Below are positions 1 through 13,639 of a DNA stretch of 64,000 bases, piece after piece. The position numbers and the translations under genes are program-made. Source of the stretch: Octopus bimaculoides (lineage: Eukaryota); NCBI RefSeq assembly GCF_001194135.2, contig NC_068987.1, positions 15,464,030-15,528,029 on the forward strand, read 5' to 3'. Within the stretch, counting starts at the first letter, position 1. Each line of letters opens with the position of its first letter. The notes beneath the pieces are model-generated. The model ran no database searches. It worked only from the letters and a program-made list of their open reading frames with translations, and had not been told where the DNA came from.

Positions 1-3000
1 ATAATTTTCTTTAGTTTTTGCCTTTAATAATAAACATGCTGCAAATGTTATTTAAAATAGGTTTATTCTTTCGAGAAGATTTCTCTGTTTACAGGACAAA
101 TTCTTTAAATTATTCTTCAGTTCTTTTGATTATACTTTCGTTCTTTCATTTGTGTACGTTCTTCTTATTGCTATTTTTTATTTCGTTTCTTCTTAAAGGT
201 GGGATCATTACTTTTATTTATTTATTCTTTTACTTTTTTTCATGTATTTTTCCTTTGAAAACAGCAAAAAAAAAAAAATCTAAATTCTCTTCTATCTTAC
301 TTGGGACCTTTTGCAGCTTGTTTCATAGTTACCTGTTTTGTTTCTTTGCAAAAAAAAATTTTAAATAGATAAAACCCTTTATTTCTAACAAATTGTTATT
401 GTTATGAAATTTATTTCATTAAAGAAAACTTTTTATTCTACTTTGTTAATTAATCTTCATTTCATTTCTTTAGATTTTTTGTTTTTTTGTTTTGTTTTAA
501 ATCCACTTCCTTCTAAAATCATCCATGCTTCATTTATCATGTTAGGGAGTCTGAAAAATAAGGGATCTATTTTTGAAGGGCTTTTTTTTTTCTGTTGTTT
601 AAAGTGAATGTCTTTGATAGTTATTTCATCAAGCTATAGTTTATACGTTTTATACCAAGCAAATGAGGGAGCTGTAACACAGTTTCTCAGTCTGCTAGAA
701 ATAGCAGGCAAATATCCATCAAATCACAAGTCTTTAGCAGAAAACAGGAGAGACGCATTTGGATGTACAAAAAAGGTGGATTAATCACAGCTGGAGTACC
801 TTTGATCGTAGGCCTGCAAGATTAGTTCTCACCTGAGGATTAGACACCACCAACAACAATGTGTGTGTGTGTGTGCGTGACATGTATTTCTATTTTGATC
901 GCATCAGTCTCTTGCTACTCTGTGTTTCCCCTTTGGGTGCACAGGGTCTTCAGGCAAGTTACAAAGTTCCTAAGGGCCCTGTATACTCATAAGTTAAACT
1001 CAAGAGAGTGACTCAGCCAAAGTAAAATATATTATTTATCTCTACTACGGTATTGAGTACCATTTTTTCCGACTGTCAACACTAAACATACATACATATA
1101 TACATATACACACACACGTATTCACTGATGCTATCTGTCTCTCTTCTTTTGCATTAATTAAAAGTATTATTTACTGGACAACAAAGTAACGAACTACCTA
1201 GTACACCTTTATTACCTTTCTTCAATACACTTTCTACTCCTGCTATCCACTAAAAGGTCCTCCACTAGTTTGTTTTGAAGGCAAGTTGATCTCTTGTTGT
1301 TGCTTTACACCTCAATGATGCCCCAACATAGCCTGAAAGCAGTGCCCCAGAATCGTCTAAGCCATAACTGCTAAAACAACACCTAAAAATCAGTCCAGCC
1401 CTAACCAACTAAATCAACAACTGAGGAGTCATGGGGTATGTAGGACTTGCGTAATTCGGCATGTCATTTTTTTAATTTTTAAGATGGTAATGTGTGAGTT
1501 GGAAAAGGGTTTGGTTCTTATTTCTAGCAGATCAAACAACCAGGTAGAGGCTTTCTCATTTGCTTGATTGATTTTTGTTTTTTGTTGATTCTAGTGGGAC
1601 CTTATAAATGCCAGGTAGTGTTATAGTTAAACCCTGATTCAATCCTGATTGAGGGAGCCTTTCATCAGAGACATCCCAGCTGTGACCATCCCATCTTTTT
1701 TATATTTTTCTCTTTTAACAAGGATCATATCTTATGTGTTGTTATTGTTTTCTTAAAATAGTAGGGTGTGGTTTTTTCAGTGAGATTTGCCCTCTATTTC
1801 TAGCAAGTCTATTGACCACATTGTGTTACACTTGTTGGTTTGAAAATCAATCTGTAATTGCAGTACTGTAGCAGCAACTAGGTGGTGGTGGTGGTGAGGA
1901 AACTGACAGGTATGAAGATGTAACAGAAGAAGCATTAGAAGAATAATTCTCTATGTGTTATTGTCTCAAATTTCGGCACAAAAAAGTGGGGGGGGGGGNN
2001 NNNNNNNNNNNNNNNNNNNNNNNNNNNNNNNNNNNNNNNNNNNNNNNNNNNNNNNNNNNNNNNNNNNNNNNNNNNNNNNNNNNNNNNNNNNNNNNNNNNN
2101 NNNNNNNNNNNNNNNNNNNNNNNNNNNNNNNNNNNNNNNNNNNNNNNNNNNNNNNNNNNNNNNNNNNNNNNNNNNNNNNNNNNNNNNNNNNNNNNNNNNN
2201 NNNNNNNNNNNNNNNNNNNNNNNNNNNNNNNNNNNNNNNNNNNNNNNNNNNNNNNNNNNNNNNNNNNNNNNNNNNNNNNNNNNNNNNNNNNNNNNNNNNN
2301 NNNNNNNNNNNNNNNNNNNTCTCACTTTCTCTCATTCTCTCTCTCTTTTTTTCTTTCTCACTCCCTGTCTCTCCCTATCTCTCTCACTCTTTCACTGTGT
2401 CTTTTTCTCTTTTTTTTTTTCTCCATAAATAAACTAAGGAAGGTATGAACAACAGAGGGTATTCTGCATTATAGGGTAGGAAGAACACCTTTATCTTCAG
2501 ACGCCATCTGTTTACAAACGATAGTAAAACTTTCCCCAGGTCTCTACAAAAGCCATCACCCCCCCAGCTTTCTGTTCTTCCTTTGTTGTACACGACACCT
2601 GCTGGCAGACAGGAATCTAAACTGGGACACCTGATATCAAACCCTGGGCCCACATTTGCAACAAAGGTCTACTGCTGTTGTTGTTGTTGTTGTTAAATCC
2701 TGGGTCAACTACAACTGAGTGAACCTTTCATCAGACATTCCAGTTGTAACCATCCCATCTTTTTTCTTTTTTTTTTATCTTTTCATCTTGGACCACGTTA
2801 TCTAATGCGTTGTTATTGTTTTCTTAAAATAGTAGGGTGTGGTCTTTTCAGTGAGTTTTGCCCCCTATTTCTGGAGACATATAACCGATGAATGGATATC
2901 CATCCATGATTACCACTCACCAAATTACCAGGAATAGCAGCAGACCTTATTTCAGCAGTTAAAAATACTAAAAATAAGTGATATAGGAGTTGCAATGAAA

Positions 3001-4960
3001 AGTTGGAACTCTTATAAGAGACGCTGTTATTTTTGTTTAACCAGAAATCCACCCTGTTTGAGTAAAACTTATGAAAAGCATTCCAACTGGGACCATTCCA
3101 CCTCATTATTATTCCAGTGTGCTCTTTTATCTTTTTAAGATGATAAAAGGGTGTGATTTCAAGTATACTTAAGACTTTATTATCCAATATGTTTTCCCAT
3201 TTTTATAAATATGGAAAGATTTCCTTTGAGGCAGAGAATCAGCTGCTATGTCTAGCATTTTGAGGAACCACATAGAGGCTCCTTTTGCACAACATGCATC
3301 GGCATCGTGTTTTCATGGTGCATCTGTTGCTGTTACTGCAGTTGATGTTATTGGTGTGTGGAAGGGGAGGAGGAGGAGGTGATGGGTGAATGTAGTTTCT
3401 GTTTAGGTGCATAGGTGTGGCTGTTGATGTTTAACCCTAGGTTCACTTTGATCAAGCAGACCTGTGGTAAAATGTGGTCAAACTACAACCTTCCTATCGT
3501 TTTTTTTTTGTTTTATTTTAAAATAGCGTGCATCAAGGATCACATTCCACACTATCCAATCCAATGTTTTCCTTTCCCTTTCGTGACTGTGATTCAAAGG
3601 AGATTTCCTTACCTGTGATTCAAAGGAGATTTGGCTGCTATTTCTAGTAGGGTCATTTTGACTACGAAGCAGTTCCTTCAAGGTTGTTTATTCAGCTTTA
3701 TGTTATTAACCTGTCTTGCTATTAACAGTAGAAAGAAAAAGGCAGCAGAAAGTGTTGTTCTTCTTGTTGGCATTGCAGTATGTTGCTGTGTCTGTTATCT
3801 CCATTTATTTATACCTGTCACCACATGGAGTGAGAGTAAAAGAGGGAACAGTACCCATGAATTTTCCAGTCCTTCCCACACAGCCGGGGTCGCCTGTAGG
3901 GGGTTAATGCATCTGACATCCAGCCTTAACATCTACTGGTTAATATCTGTAGTGGAAGGAGGACATGCATTGAGAGGGGATTGTGGCGGTTGGAGCAGTG
4001 GGGGTATGGTCTAAACCCTGGTCCCTGATTCCTTCTCAGTGCACCTGAAGTGGCACTGTTATTGTTGTTATTTAACCCCTAATCAAAAGTATCCTAGCCA
4101 AGACTAGCCCTTTTTGTTTGTCTGTTTTTCAGGCATAGTGAGTCTGAGACTATATAATCAAATGTGTCCCTTTTTTTAAATAAAATTATAGGATTGATTA
4201 TTAGGAAGACATAAGTGGTCGTGTAAAGGCTTCCCTCTTCATTTAAGCAAGTAACATGTTGGGCCCATCAGAAGTAGGGATTCTTTTAAGGATAAACAAA
4301 TAATAGGTACAGGTACATTTCTCCTGTAATCACCTGTAATCAGTTGTCTCTGTAAAACATCAGGTCTACAGGAATGAAATGCCTAAAAATTAAAATTAAA
4401 ATCACCTTAGTAGAATCTGTCACTGCCATATTACTGCCACATTCAAAACCATTACAAATTGAAGAAAAGCTGGAGAATGAAGAAAATGGGGCTTCATTTC
4501 TCCACTGTTTCTTGTGTTATAAAATCTTAATGAAAATGTGTTTAAAGAAACATGACTAATGGATATGACAACAGGCTTATGAGGTCAATAGTTGTGAGTT
4601 CAAATACACTGAAGGCTTTTTTTTTTCATTCTGCTCCGCAGGAGACTTTAAAATTAAAATTTCAATGTCATTGTTTGTATATAATAAATAAATACAACAA
4701 AAATAGCAGCCAAATTTCCTTTAAATATCATTCATCTTAGTAAAAATGGATGTGTAGTTGTAGTTATTTTTTGTTTAATCCTAGCTTACATCCAGTAGGG
4801 CAGATATTGGCTTACTGTTAAATATCTCTTCAAATCACACCCTGCTTTTTTTTTTTTTTTGTTTAAAGAGAAGAAACAGTGAATAATGTAGTCCCAGATA
4901 TTCAATACCCAAGGAAAACATGNNNNNNNNNNNNNNNNNNNNNNNCTAAAACATGTGCGA

Positions 4961-5086
4961 CTGGACATAGCTAAAATGCTGGACATAGCTAAAATGCTGG
5001 ACATAGCTAAAATGCTGGACATAGCTAAAATGCTGGACATAGCTAAAATGCTGGACATAGCTAAAATGCTGGACATAGCTAAAATG
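4961..5086. repeat. Perfect 18-bp minisatellite, 7 copies
   Basis: (CTGGACATAGCTAAAATG)7 with no mismatch, 15 bp from an N gap. Confidence 0.95.
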
Positions 5087-7426
5087 TTGTTGATCATATA
5101 CTTGATCAGAGATAACTCAGGGCTAAACAGCAACCGTACACCCTCCCCAAACATCAAGTCTGAACTATTCTATGATACCAGATATGACAGTCTCACCTGA
5201 TTCTCAAAGACAAGTGCAATATTGCTGTCTTCTTAATTAGACATTACTTAAATTTTTACTCTGCTAATTATTAAATTTGAAAGTTACAGTCAACTATTTG
5301 GACTGGATTTATTTCTTTTCCTATAATGCATCATCATCATCATCATCATCATTTAATATCCACTTTTCCATACATGCATAGATCAGACAGAATTGTTAAA
5401 GCAGCTTTTTTTATGCTAGGATGCTCTTCCTGTTGCTAACCCTCACCTGTGTCTAGGCAAAGTAATATTTTCTATGGAGGACTGGAAATAAACAACACTG
5501 CTTGTATGATGGTGATGCTCATTTACAACCATCACATAATGCCAAGACAAAGGCATAAGCACACACACATATTTGTGTGTGTATGTGTGTGTCCACACAT
5601 ATATATGATGAGCTTCTTTTAGGTTACATCTACCAAATTCGCCTACAAGGCTTCTGTCAACCTGGGGCTATAGTAGTAGGCACTTGCCTATGACACCATA
5701 TAGTAGGACTGAACCCAAGAACACATGGTTGGGAAACAAACTTCTCAACTGCTCCTCTCATTTTAGATGTAACAGAATTTACAATGAAAGACAAGGCAGT
5801 TTTATGTGTTTCATTTTAATACCATTTTTATCAGTTTATTAGTAGAGAAGGGGCAATGGCTGTGGTTTTTACAGGCCCTCACATTTTCATCATTTAATGT
5901 CTGTGTTCCATGCTAGCATGGGTGGGACGGTACCGCAAGAGCTGAAGCCTGTACCAGACTTCTGTGACTGTTTTGGCAGGATTTTTACAGCTCGATGCCC
6001 TTCCTAACACCAACCACACAGCAGCAGACTGTTGATATTTGTAAGGTCGGTGTGCAATTCTGATTCTGCAGAAAAATGTGGATAGAGCGGAAGTTGGGAT
6101 TCTGGTTGAGTTACTGACAACAAAGTGGCTTCCACTGAAGTCTCCAGTGCAATGAAGTGGCAGAGTTGCTTGGCAGAGTCATGGATATAGATGTTATGCT
6201 TTCCTATATTTGTGTGCAAAAATGCAACTCTCTCAGATGTAAAAAAAGAATATGTTTAAAAAACCTGTTTGTAGTAAAACCCTACCATTTTTAGTAACAT
6301 TAAAAATACATTTCAAAATTTGTAAATAAAATTTTTAAAAATGACTTTACGTAAAGTGATCTTCTTACAGACCACCAAGAAAAGAATTATGGTTTTTACT
6401 CTAATCCTTCTCGATAGCCTCACTAGCATGAATAACACAGTCTCATTAATCAACTACTTCATTCCATTCCTAAGAACTTTTTATTCTCGGTTTTGTAAAT
6501 GGTGTATCATATCTTTTTTTTTTTTAATGCAACTTTTTGTATATTTTAATTTTATACACAACTAGTGAAAAAGAGAGAAAAGCAATATTTATTCTAGTCC
6601 TTCACATTCTGATTTCACATTCCTCCATGGTCACTTTTACCTTTCATCATTCTGGAGTCAATAAAATAAAATACCGCTTTGACATAATCAACTGTTCACT
6701 TCTCCACCACCATCACACAAAAAAAAAAAAAATTGCTGGGCTTCTACCTTAATTAGAAATTATTAAGGACAGTCAGGTGGACCTGGCATTGACCACGTTC
6801 GGATGGTGCGTAAAAAGCACCATCCAAACATGGTTGAAGCCAGGTCCACATGACTGGCTCCCGTGCTAGTGACATGTGAAAAGCACCATCCAAACATGGT
6901 CGATACCAGTGCTCCCTGACTGACTCCCATGCCAGTGGCACGTAAAAAGCACCCACTACACTCTCAGAGTGGTTGACATTAGGAAGGGCATCCAGCTGTA
7001 GAAACATTGCCAGATCAGATTGGAGCCTGGTGCAGCCACTGGCATTCCAGACCTCAGTCAAACCATCCAACCCATGCCAGCATGGAAAACAGATGTTAAA
7101 CGATGATGATGATAAACTGACAGAATTGTTAGAATGTCAAAAAATGCCTAGTGATAATTAGTATTGACTTTTTATGTTCTGAGTTCAAATGCTATTGAGG
7201 TCAACTTTGTTTTTCATCCTCTCAAGGTCAATTAATTAAAGTACCTGTCAACTACTGGGGGAGGTCAATCAATTTGCCCCCTCCTTGGTTAAGAAGTTTG
7301 CTTTACATCCATGTGATTTGGGGTTCAGTCTCATTGTGCAACTCCTTGGGCAAGTGTTTTCTGCTATAACCCCAGACCAACCAATGCTTTGTGAGTGAAT
7401 TTGGTTAGTGGAAACTGTGAGAAGAT

Positions 7427-7458
<32 letters not shown>

Positions 7459-8089
7459 TGAGAAAGAGAGAGATTAGGCAAGTGTATGTATGTCATCGCG
7501 TTAGTCTTCTCACTGTTCAACAACTCATATTAGTTTGTTTACATTTCTCTAGCTTAGCAGTTCAGCGAAAGAGACTGATAGAATAAATACCAGACTTAAA
7601 ATATGTACTGGAATCGATTTGTTCAACTAAGGTGGTGCTCCAGCATGGCCACAGTCAAATGACTGAAAAAAATCCATTAAAAGAGTAAATCACGTGATTA
7701 TATAGAGACTCAATCCATTCTCTTGTATAAATACCAGTAATATACCCAGGTTGACTTTACTTCCTTAGTGTTATTGCTTTCACGAAAGGAAACATTTCTT
7801 AAGTTGTCCTGGGAATTCAATCTATTGTGGGTGTGGCATACTTAAGCTCCACCTTAGTTTATTGATTATTTCATAGTGGAGCTGATGCAGAAAATACTGC
7901 CTACTGGATATACAACAGCCTTGCCTCAGAACCTTACTCCTCTAGATCCAAGACACGCCTTCATTTACTTTGCTTCATGTTTTATCTATGTGAACACCAG
8001 CATGGTTGAGGTTAAGACGTTCATTTTGCAGTCATATAGTCCCAGGGTTTTTAAGGGTTTTGTTTTTTATATTTCTTAGTCAGGAGGGA

Positions 8090-8480
8090 CAGGCACTGCC
8101 TATGACTCTTTACAGGGCCTCTCAGACTGGTAGAAGGGTAAAGACTCCCTTTGGTCATGAATGTCCATGAGATTGCACCTAGAAAGTTACCCTCTGAGGC
8201 ACAAGTCCGGGCAACTTTGTTTATGGAAGATTAGCAGTCACCCATGCATACCAGCTTCGACTTCCCCCCCCCCCCCACTGATGTTGTCCAAGGGAAAGGC
8301 AAAGGGGCTGATACAGCTCGGTACCAGTGACGTCGTAACTCATTTCTGCAGCTGAGTGAACTGGAGCAACATGAAATAAAATATCTTGCTCAAGAACACT
8401 ACATACAACCTGGCCCAGGAATTGAACTCACTACATTATTGTGAGCCAGACACTCTAACCACTGAGCCATGTACCTTTGC
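8090..8480 (-). mobile_element. tRNA-derived SINE, a further family
   Basis: The reverse strand starts aggtacatggctcagtggttagagtg..gagttcaattcctgg, then cttgagcaag..ttgctccagttcactcagctg. Related at ~46170-46430(-) and 49700-49850(+). Confidence 0.7.
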
Positions 8481-8638
8481 TAGACTGGTGGGTGGGTGAG
8501 AATGAGAGAGGACAGTATCCTTAAATCAAAGACTTAGTGTGAATGTCAGCAATAGAGTGGACTTCCCTAAAGGCACCCACAAGGTCCAGGAAGTGGTGTT
8601 AAGGCAGGCAATGGACTTAGTCTACCATCCAAATAGAC

Positions 8639-8770
8639 CAGTGGTTCTCAACCATTTATTGCCTATGGACCCCTTTGATTTCTATTTCACTCTACAGGAC
8701 TCCTCATAGCCATTTGAAGTTTTAAAAAGCCCGTTATATTTTTATAATTAAATAATATTAGGAATTGTAT
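8639..8770. mobile_element. hAT-type MITE left end, truncated by a SINE tail
   Basis: cagtggttctcaaccattt..ctatggacccctttgat matches the 12247 element start. Confidence 0.65.
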
Positions 8771-9250
8771 ACTCTTTTACTTGTTTCAGTCATTTGACTG
8801 CGGCCATGCTGGAACACCACCTTTAGTCGAGCAAATCGACCCCANNNNNNNNNNNNNNNNNNNNNNNNNNNNNNNNNNNNNNNNNNNNNNNNNNNNNNNN
8901 NNNNNNNNNNNNNNNNNNNNNNNNNNNNNNNNNNNNNNNNNNNNNNNNNNNNNNNNNNNNNNNNNNNNNNNNNNNNNNNNNNNNNNNNNNNNNNNNNNNN
9001 NNNNNNNNNNNNNNNNNNNNNNNNNNNNNNNNNNNNNNNNNNNNNNNNNNNNNNNNNNNNNNNNNNNNNNNNNNNNNNNNNNNNNNNNNNNNNNNNNNNN
9101 NNNNNNNNNNNNNNNNNNNNNNNNNNNNNNNNNNNNNNNNNNNNNNNNNNNNNNNNNNNNNNNNNNNNNNNNNNNNNNNNNNNNNNNNNNNNNNNNNNNN
9201 NNNNNNNNNNNNNNNNNNNNNNNNNNNNNNNNNNNNNNNNNNNNNNNNNN

Positions 9251-9560
9251 CAAGAGCCAGTCCAGGGGCACTGGCAACGATCTTACTTGGCTTGCCGGGT
9301 CTTCTCACGCACAGCACATTTCCAAAGGTCTCGGTCAGTAGTCATCGCCTCGGTGAGGCCCAATGTACGAAGGTCTTGCCTCACCACCTCAGCCCAGGTC
9401 TTCCTGGGCCTACCTCTTCCACGGGTTCCCTCAACTGTTAGGGTGTGGCACCTTTTCACGCAGCTATCCTCCTCCATTCTCACCACATGTCCATACCAGC
9501 GCAATCGTCTCTCTTGCACACCACAACTGATGCTTCTAAGCTTCTATGTACCAAATTCAC
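9251..9560 (-). mobile_element. RTE-clade LINE 3' end: C-terminal ORF remnant and start of the 3' UTR
   Basis: Reads QERRLRWYGHVVRMEEDSCVKRCHTLTVEGTRGRGRPRKTWAEVVRQDLRTLGLTEAMTTDRDLWKCAVREKTRQAK*, the typical RTE C-terminus (RLRWYGHV..R, G.R.RGRP.KTW). Runs into a gap. Confidence 0.9.
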
Positions 9561-10404
9561 TCACAAATCTCTAATCGTCTGCATGGCAGCTAGACTGAGC
9601 CCTAAATCATGAGGTTGGATAGTAAACCTCTTAGCTATACCGCCATCCTTGCACCTAATATATAAGGAAATAATTATACATTGTACAAACAGACTAGAAT
9701 GGTTAACATTTACTCAATACTAAGATATTAATAAATAAAAGTTAATGGTGAATGAGTTTTAAGAGCACTTGTTATAGTTCTAGCTCTTGAATCCTCTGAA
9801 GTAGTGTTTCTAAGGATATATATATATATATATATATCCATAGCACTTACTTAGCGTTACCCGACATCTTTTGGGTCTTCTTGACACCAATATCTCTCAT
9901 ACCCTATATATNNNNNNNNNNNNNNNNNNNNNNNNNNNNNNNNNNNNNNNNNNNNNNNNNNNNNNNNNNNNNNNNNNNNNNNNNNNNNNNNNNNNNNNNN
10001 NNNNNNNNNNNNNNNNNNNNNNNNNNNNNNNNNNNNNNNNNNNNNNNNNNNNNNNNNNNNNNNNNNNNNNNNNNNNNNNNNNNNNNNNNNNNNNNNNNNN
10101 NNNNNNNNNNNNNNNNNNNNNNNNNNNNNNNNNNNNNNNNNNNNNNNNNNNNNNNNNNNNNNNNNNNNNNNNNNNNNNNNNNNNNNNNNNNNNNNNNNNN
10201 NNNNNNNNNNNNNNNNNNNNNNNNNNNNNNNNNNNNNNNNNNNNNNNNNNNNNNNNNNNNNNNNNNNNNNNNNNNNNNNNNNNNNNNNNNNNNNNNNNNN
10301 NNNNNNNNNNNNNNNNNNNNNNNNNNNNNNNNNNNNNNNNNNNNNNNNNNNNNNNNNNNNNNNNNNNNNNNNNNNNNNNNNNNNNNNNNNNNNNNNNNNN
10401 NNNN

Positions 10405-10462
<58 letters not shown>

Positions 10463-11140
10463 TATATTGTTTTTAAGATTTTTTTATTTAATAATTTTTA
10501 ATTTGAAAAATTGTCTTCAAATATTTATACACACATACATACACGCTCACTTACTCACGCATATATGGTGAGCTTCTTTTAGTTTCCATCTACCAAATTC
10601 ATTCACAAGGCTTTGGTCAGCGCAGAGTTATAATAGAAGACACCCAAAGTTTCATGCTGTGAAACTGAACCCAAAATACATGATTGGGAAGCAAACTTCT
10701 GAACCACACAGCCATGGTGGCATCTAATATAAACAGAAACATTTGTGTGATGTACAAACAAATAAAAATAGTTAAAAGGTACTCAGATATTAAGATATAA
10801 GTAAATAGAAGTTAATACTACTTAAATTCAAAATGTGTACACACATACATGCTTATCATAAATGAAGATAAATAGATAATGACACTTCAGTGCATGCTAC
10901 AAATGTTTCAATGGCATGGCAATTTATTTGCAGTTAGTATATTATATCATCACCCTTATCAAACTTTCGGAAGATAAAAATTGGCATACATATACATTCT
11001 CTGTCCCACCCTACCCCCTTATCTTATACCATGAAAAGAATTTCATTCCTTGCCCTTTGCCTTGATCTCTACTAAAGGCTGTTCCTGGAAAATTGTGATA
11101 AAGAATGTCTTAACCAGCTGGGGTAGTTAGAGGATACGGT

Positions 11141-11398
11141 ACTTTAATCTAAAACACTTTGGTCTAAACAGCTTTAGTCTGAGACACTTTCATCTAAAAA
11201 CAAAAAGGATTATTAGAGTATAGTTATTTAGATCTTTTACATTTTTTTTTTAGATTCTATAGACAAAATAGTTATTAGACCAAAGTGAGTTTAGACAAAA
11301 ATGTCTTTAGAGGAAAGTGTATTTATACAAAAGTCACTTTAGGCCAAAGTTCTTTAGACCATAGCACATTAGACTTAAGTGTTTTAGACGAAAAGTCC
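11141..11398. mobile_element. Foldback-like element with inverted arms made of 15-bp subunits
   Basis: Left arm: four units like actttggtctaaac. Right arm: about eight reverse-complement units like tttagaccaaagtg. Confidence 0.55.
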
Positions 11399-12089
11399 TA
11401 GATCTGTAGTTACATACCATATCCTACCTACATCCGGGTGGGATATAACACTACAATGGTGCTGCAAGCACAGCAAGTCTAGAGAAATCTAGACAATCCA
11501 AACAAATACACCAGTCCTACTGTAATCCATCACAGTGAGATTTCACATTAGTGTTATACAAAAGATGAGAGGCAACGATCATAATGAAGGTGACCTGATT
11601 AAGATGTTGGACTTCTAGGTAATTGTCTAGGAGAGCAATAACTCTAGATAGAATTTTGCATGATGGAAGAATGTATTGTGCTAAACTTCAAAGAAAGCAA
11701 CTGATCTAGGATAGCAGATGAATTGTGCAAAGCCTCAGTAAAGGCAACCTGTTAAGGAGAGTAGGAGTAGCAGCTCTGACTGTAAAGTAATACAGTATTG
11801 AAGGGACAGTTCAGTCCAGTTAGGTAGTTACAATAGAGTATGTGGCATAATAAAATGCACTCAGTCCATGCTGAAAATAGCTTGTGATAGAAAAAGCATG
11901 CAGCTTTAAAAAAAAATTAAAAACACCAAAAGTATGACAGTCACATCAATGAAAAACCCTAATTACAAATACAAGGGTAACATTTACTAAGTTGATATTG
12001 CACACAGTGGTGGATTGACCAGGTGTAAGAACACCTCAGTTGTTATCAAATGATTGCACAAGCTCTCTTCCTTTCAGCTGCAGAAAATA

Positions 12090-13600
12090 GGCATCAAACA
12101 GCCCAAGCACTTCCAGAAACTGTCTTCTCCCTATCAGATAAAATACATCAAGGCTGCCACCATCAACATTGGCTTGACGAAAGGTTGGTCTAGAGAGATT
12201 TTAGAGGTGCTTGAGCAGAGACAAATGGGTATATGATGTCTACAAACAGGGGTTCTCAATCGTTTTTTATCTATGGACCCCTTTGATTACTATTTTACTC
12301 TGGTAAACCCCCATAGCCATTCGATGTTTAAAAACTAGTTTTATAGAAACTTCTTTCAAAATTCCTATTTTGTTTTTCACACAATCACTTGCGTAGGTTG
12401 AACTATGTGAAATGATAGAGAAAGAAACCTTGCTGTTTCTTGTAATATGTACCAATACATACATCTAAAGCAAAGTTTTTTCAGGGGTCCTTAAAATACT
12501 TAAAATAAAATTGTGGATCCCAAATTAACTATGTAGAATATTAGAGAAAGAAACCTAGCTGTTTCTTCCAATACATACCAATACATTTTTCAGGGGCCTT
12601 TGAAATACTATTGTGGATCCCCAATTTACTATTTTGTTGCATGAACCCCAAAAATCTTATATGGACCCCAGTTGAGAAGAACCTCATTCTGATTTCTTAC
12701 AAACAAAGAACACAATACAAATTCTTCTGAGGATGCAGTTGGCATTTTATTGTCATAGAAATTGATAGATATAATAATTGAAGATGTCAGAGCATGTGAC
12801 AGAATAATTAAGCTTACACTAATAGATAACATGGCAACACTATCTCTGTATATGAACCACAATCAGGCTTCATAAATAAGTCAAAGAACCTTTTCTATGA
12901 GGCCCTCTTGCAGACTAGCTTTAATGATAAACAATAGCAACCTTGTTAACATGAGTAGCAACACAATAAATATATTGGGAAACATTGATGGAGACTATGG
13001 TTATGGTACGCAGAATGAAGTTAAATCAAGTCTCTTGGAGTTCTGAGTTCTGTAATACAAATAACTTCGCCACATGCAGCACTAACTTCAAGAAACTTGC
13101 CATCCTCCAGATCACCTACCATTCAGACAAACATGTAAGACAGACAGTCATATTCACTAGGAGTATGAGGAGACAGATGGTTACGAATATGAAATCCTTT
13201 GCTGGTGAAATAATACATAGTGCCATGATTAGTGACATGAAAGTCAAAACTAGATAAACCTAGAAACACAAGACACTCTGGAGAAGGAAAGTAATAGAAG
13301 CCGAAAGATCTTTTGGTCAGATGTAGATTCGAAGAAGTATTAGGTGATGCATATGTTGAGAAGGGACAGAAGATAGGAATGCATAACATAGACGACAGGA
13401 AGATTCTGAGACAACTACTGTAAGCCAGAGACCAGATCTCTCGACAAAGCAAAGTTCCAACAAGATGGAAGATGACATGTCGGTGGAATGGTAAATAGCA
13501 CCATAAAAGGTAAGAGACAGGCACAGAAATAATAGAAGAAAATTGAGAACAAGGTGAAGATGTTGACATTTCCAATAGAAACTACAGTCCTTGCACAAAA
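12090..13600 (+). mobile_element. Decayed RTE LINE 5' half (APE endonuclease), interrupted by a hAT-type MITE
   Basis: IKAATINIGLTKGWSREILEVLEQRQMGI resembles the RTE endonuclease N-terminus. After the MITE come VRACDRIIKL, GDYGYGTQNE and EFCNTNNFATCSTNFKKLAILQITYHS..MKSFAGE. Many stops and frameshifts. Confidence 0.75.
12247..12685. mobile_element. hAT-type MITE (CAGGGGTTCTCAA terminus)
   Basis: Starts caggggttctcaatc and ends in a degenerate gttgagaa..cct. Related copies at 8639-8770, ~20020-20319 (reverse) and ~58520-59274 (reverse). Confidence 0.7.
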
Positions 13601-13639
13601 AGAACCAAGTAATTCGATTATACCCTACATTAATTAACT

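Noticed and set aside
2813-3187. 124-aa minus-strand ORF
   Set aside because: No recognisable family, and its C-terminal part lies in a dispersed repeat.
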